Source: Fimicolochytrium jonesii
Lineage: Eukaryota
Assembly (NCBI RefSeq): GCF_025526975.1
Contig: NW_026515698.1
Coordinates: 1-64,000 of the forward strand
Direction of reading: 5' to 3'
Length of the DNA stretch: 64,000 nucleotides
Below are positions 59,990-64,000 of this stretch, piece after piece. Positions within the stretch are counted from its first letter, which is position 1. Each line of letters opens with the position of its first letter. A model generated the notes under the pieces. It was not told where the DNA came from, ran no database searches, and saw only the letters and a list, made by a program, of their open reading frames with translations. The translations under genes were made by a program, and so were the position numbers.

Positions 59990-62417
59990 TAGTCTGCATG
60001 TGCACTTGTCCGTCCGATTTCCCTGGCACAGCGGCGACCGATCGATCGGCGGCACACGGAGGAAGACCGTGAGAAGACTGCCTTCCGGACGCGCTTCGGC
60101 CACTTCCAGTACAACGTATTACCCTTCGGGCTGACGAACGCGCCCGCGACATTCCAACGCCTCACGAACAAACTCCTGGGCGACAAGTACGATTCATACC
60201 TCATCTCTTACCTCGATGACATCCTTATTTTCAGCCCCGACATGGACTCACACATCGGGCATGTCACCGAAGTGCTCAAGACCCTCTCGGCTCATTGCCT
60301 CCACGTGAAACCGTCCAAATGTCAGTGGGCAGTGGACCAGGTCGAGTTCTGCGGGCACATGGTTGGTAAGGACGGCCTTTCCATCGCCCCGTCCAAGGTC
60401 AAGGCTGTCCGCGCTCGACCCAAACCCACCAGCGCCCTCGAGCTCCTCTCCTTCATGGGGCTAGTCAACTATGTCAAGGAATACATTCCGCATTATGCTG
60501 ACCCAGCCCTCCCACTGACCAACCTTCAATCCCCCACCCACCCGTGGCAGTAGGGCGCCGAGGAACAAGCAGCATTTGACACCATCAAGGCGCGCGTCGC
60601 CGACGCCCCTTGCCTGGCGTTCTTTGACCCTGATAAGTTCCCCTACATCTTCTCTGACGCGTCGGGCTTCGCCGTAGGGGGCTGGATCGGTCAGGGCACA
60701 GACGGCAACTTTCCCATGCCGAATCAACTGCCCACCACGAAAAAAGGACCTCAATAACCTTCCGCGCCTCTGCGTCATCTCATATTACTCACGCAAGATG
60801 GCTCCGGCCGAAACCCGATACCCCGTGCACAAACAGGAGCTCCTCGCATTGGTCCTAACCGCCACTACCGCATTGGTCGCCAATTCCGTGCATTCGTCGA
60901 CCACGAATCCCTCATATACCTCCAGAATCAGCCTCATCTCTCCCGGCGCCAGGCCGGATGGGTGGAGTTCCTTCAGGACTACGACTTCACTATCAAATAC
61001 CTCCCCGGTGAGTTCAATCCCATCGCCGACATACTCAGCCGCACCCCGCTGTACGCCCCAAAGTGCGTCAGCTGTCAGATGAAGGTCGAAGTGTTCTCCA
61101 TTGTCACCGGGACACCTCTACCGGACATCACCGGCCGCCTCCCTACCGACGCCGAGTGGCTCACTGCGCTCAACGATGACAAGTTCTGCAAGGACACCTT
61201 CGCCCACCTGCAGACCACCGCGACGAACCCCGACGACCCCTCTACCCTCTCGGGTTTTGCCCGGCGCCTCACGCGCGACAACCGCAGCTTCCTTTTGTGA
61301 CCATGGCCCCCGCTACGTCCCCGAGGGCCTTCGGGGCCCCCTCCTCAGGTTCTATCACGACTCCCTGGCCAACGGCGGCCACTCAGGTGTCCAGCGCACC
61401 GTTGCCAAACTCCTCGCGCTCTACTACTGGCTCCACCTCAAGCGCGAGGTCCACCAGTTCGTCCGGACTTGTCCCGACTGCCAACGCAACAAGCAGGCTT
61501 CCAACTTCGGGCTCCTACGCAGCATTCCGGTCCCCGACGAGCGCTGGTGTTGCGTCGGCTTGGACATCTACTTCCCCACGACAAACTCTAAGGTGGGGGA
61601 AGCGGGAGACGAGTCCGTCATGGACAAGGGAGCCGTCCTCATCCCGGTGGAATACTTATCCAGCCGCATAATCCTCCTCGAGACCCACGCCAAGGCAACG
61701 GCAAAAGAACTCGCCCAGTTGTTCTTTGACCAGGCCTTCCGCATCACAGGCATGCCCCACACGATCATCAGCGATCGGGACACCAAATGGACCGGCGCCT
61801 TTGGGAAGCACCTCCTGAAGTGCGCCGGCGTATAGCAGGAACTCTCGTCGGCACGCCACCAACAGACCGACGGCAAGACGGAGAACGTCATCAAGACAAT
61901 CAAGAAGATGATGGTCCCCTACCTGAACTACACCGGCTCGAACTGGCGCGAGATGCTTCCCCTCCTCGAGTACAACTACAACAGGATGCCCCAGACCTCC
62001 ACGGGCATGTCCCCGTATGAGATCAACATCAGGTACATCCCGAAGGTACCAGACCAATGGGGTACCAGCGACCCAACAGAGCAACTGAAACAGGCTGATC
62101 GAGAGTCCATTGAGGAACGCATGCAGCAACTGACCCAGGTGAGCCGCATCGTTCAGCACAGACTCCGAGAGGCCCAGGACAGGCAGGCAAGATACTACGA
62201 CAGGAACAAGAATACGGACGCGTTCGTAGTAGGCGACCAGGTCCTGCTGAACCGCGAAGGCGACGTGTCCCAGAACACCTGGGAGCCACTCCGACACGTC
62301 CGTGACACCTTGGCACACAAGCGATATGTCCGAAAGCAAGCCGCCAAGCGCCAGGAGACTCGGGAGACCAAGGCGAAGGAGAGAGCGGCAGTCTCTCGTC
62401 GCCGTAAACGTATCTGA
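59990..62417 (+). mobile_element. Decayed, 5'-truncated Ty3/gypsy pol (RT, RNase H, integrase)
   Basis: KTAF, PFGLTNAPATFQ, YLDDILI, SDASGFA.G, GHSG..RT, IISDRD, HQQTDGKTE; stops and frameshifts. Confidence 0.93.
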
Positions 62418-62479
62418 ACCTTGTACATACATCAAAACAGAGTTTCTACTGTCCAAAATGATCGATACCATTACAGACT

Positions 62480-62792
62480 CATGCGGGCGGGTACTAGTAC
62501 CAAGGCCTATGATGCGGGCGGGTACATAGTACCAGGGCCTATGATGCGGGCGGGTACGTAGTACCAGGGCCTACAATGCGGGCGGGTACGAGGTACCAGG
62601 GCCTATGCGAGCGGGCAAGCGAGGTGTCAGGGCTCATGCGGGCGGGTATGCAATACCAAGGCCTAGGATGCGGGCGGGTACAGGGTACCAGGGCCTATGC
62701 GAGCGGGCAAGCAAGGTGTCAGGGCTCATGCGGGCGGGTATGCAATACCAAGGCTCAGGATGCGAGCGGGTGCGAGGCACCAGGGCTCAGGA
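62480..62792. repeat. Tandem minisatellite (~30-bp atgcgggcgggta...ccagggcct units with higher-order ~90-bp structure) in the retroelement 3' region
   Basis: About ten visible units. Confidence 0.9.
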
Positions 62793-63038
62793 CAATCGGT
62801 GAAGTACCAAAGGGAAACGCTCCGAAGAGATAAAATTCAACAAAATATATACAAGAATGAAGAACGACGACGCCAGGCTAAATACCAACCTGTTTGGCGA
62901 AAGACCATTGGCAACGTGAGCCGTGGCAGGCGGTCCCCATGCCACAACGCAGCGGGACGAACTGCTGGATGTTCATCTGGCTAGAGGGAGCGCGTCACAT
63001 CAGTGGCGGGACCTGTCGAAAATTCACGACTGTTGTAC

Positions 63039-63635
63039 TTACGCGCGGACATGCCCCATACACTGGATGTGGTCGCAGGGGAAGACCCGCACGTCCTTGG
63101 CCAGACAATCGCAGTCGGGCCACACACAGGTGCAGGGTAGCTCCTGGCAGATGAGCGGCACTTCACACTCCTCCCCGAAACCGTCCACGTAGCCGCACGT
63201 GAACTCTCGACGGGCATGTCGGTCTGTCGGGAAGAGACGTGAGCTGTCAGTCACCCCACGGCAACCACCCATGACATGCGGTTCCTTACGGTGTCATCAC
63301 AGAGCGGGAGGATGCAAGGCCGGCATATAACGTGCTGGCACGTCGAGAGGAACATTTTGCGGGGGCGGTACGTGTTGCAGTTCCAACACGTAGGTCGGGC
63401 CGGTGGAGCCGGGGGCTCCGGGGTACTGTCCGAGTGCACCTCGGGGGTGTCCTGAGATAGAATTGGTCAAACCACGTAAGCTCAGTCAATTGGGCAACCT
63501 CCGTGGACTCACCACTCGCTGTCGCTTGATAGCCTTCTTCAGGCTTTCCCCTGTGGCGGGGCCCTTGCCTACATTCTTCTTGCCCGATGACGGGCCGGCG
63601 GCAGTGGGCTTGGCAGGAGGTGCTACGCTGGCCAT
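63039..63635 (-). CDS. Spliced RING-finger ORF antisense to Ty3 pol (3' exon boundary unresolved)
   Basis: ATG at 63635; intron ~63452-63512 joins in frame; CWNC-x11-CQH-x2-CRPC followed by further Cys. Confidence 0.65.
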
Positions 63636-63974
63636 AGTGAAGAGGGGAACGGCGACGGTGAGAGGTTACGAGATTGGGAGCAAGAAATGTAAGTCCAGGG
63701 ACTGGCGGGAAGGTGCCGAGGGGATTACTGCCTTCTTTTTATATGCCACAGACAAGGACCATAGCGCCCCACGACCAGCTGCGGCCGAATCATCTCTACC
63801 TCATATCGGCGTGGATCTGATTGCCATCGTGGTGACCACCGGTGACGCCAGCCGCTCCAGTAGAGCCATGCGCACTCCTCATGGCCGACACCTGTGTCAG
63901 CTCCACATCAAGTAACAGCGGGGAGCGACTGACAGGTGCGGTCGGTGTCGGAGTGAACTTGGCTCTAAGGGGGG

Positions 63975-64000
63975 TGTAATGAGGTGCTGCAGGTGTCACT
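63975..64000 (+). mobile_element. Start of the 3' LTR, preceded by a polypurine tract
   Basis: aagggggg|TGTAATGAGG. Confidence 0.7.

Noticed and set aside
62480..62792. Short repeats resembling a CRISPR array
   Set aside because: No unique spacers, no cas genes, eukaryotic retroelement context.

Overview
Eukaryotic DNA with spliceosomal introns and (TTAGGG)n repeats. The gene set (paxillin with LD motifs, GBP-like GTPase, type IIC-like P-ATPase) suggests an early-diverging, possibly zoosporic fungus; this is an inference. Five zones: (1) 1-6378, a subtelomere-like chain of DNA units joined by five short telomeric tracts that all start TG|TAACCCTAA, carrying an intact orphan 522-aa ORF and a frameshifted paralogue cut off by telomeric repeats. 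(2) 7.9-31 kb, host genes, including a defensin-like repeat protein, a cluster of AA5_2 copper-radical oxidase + catalase-like protein + alpha-dioxygenase-like peroxidase, a signal-peptide GBP-like GTPase and a P-type ATPase. (3) 31043-56581, a ~25.5-kb block bracketed by a 315-bp direct duplication, holding nested copia/Ty3 retroelements, a PIF/Harbinger remnant, an F-box gene, a virus-type AEP primase fragment, paxillin-like and ATG4 genes. (4) A divergent methyltransferase / MDR reductase pair. (5) A decayed Ty3/gypsy element with an antisense, spliced RING-finger ORF before its 3' LTR. All calls come from motif reading by eye; no database search was run, and exon boundaries are predictions.
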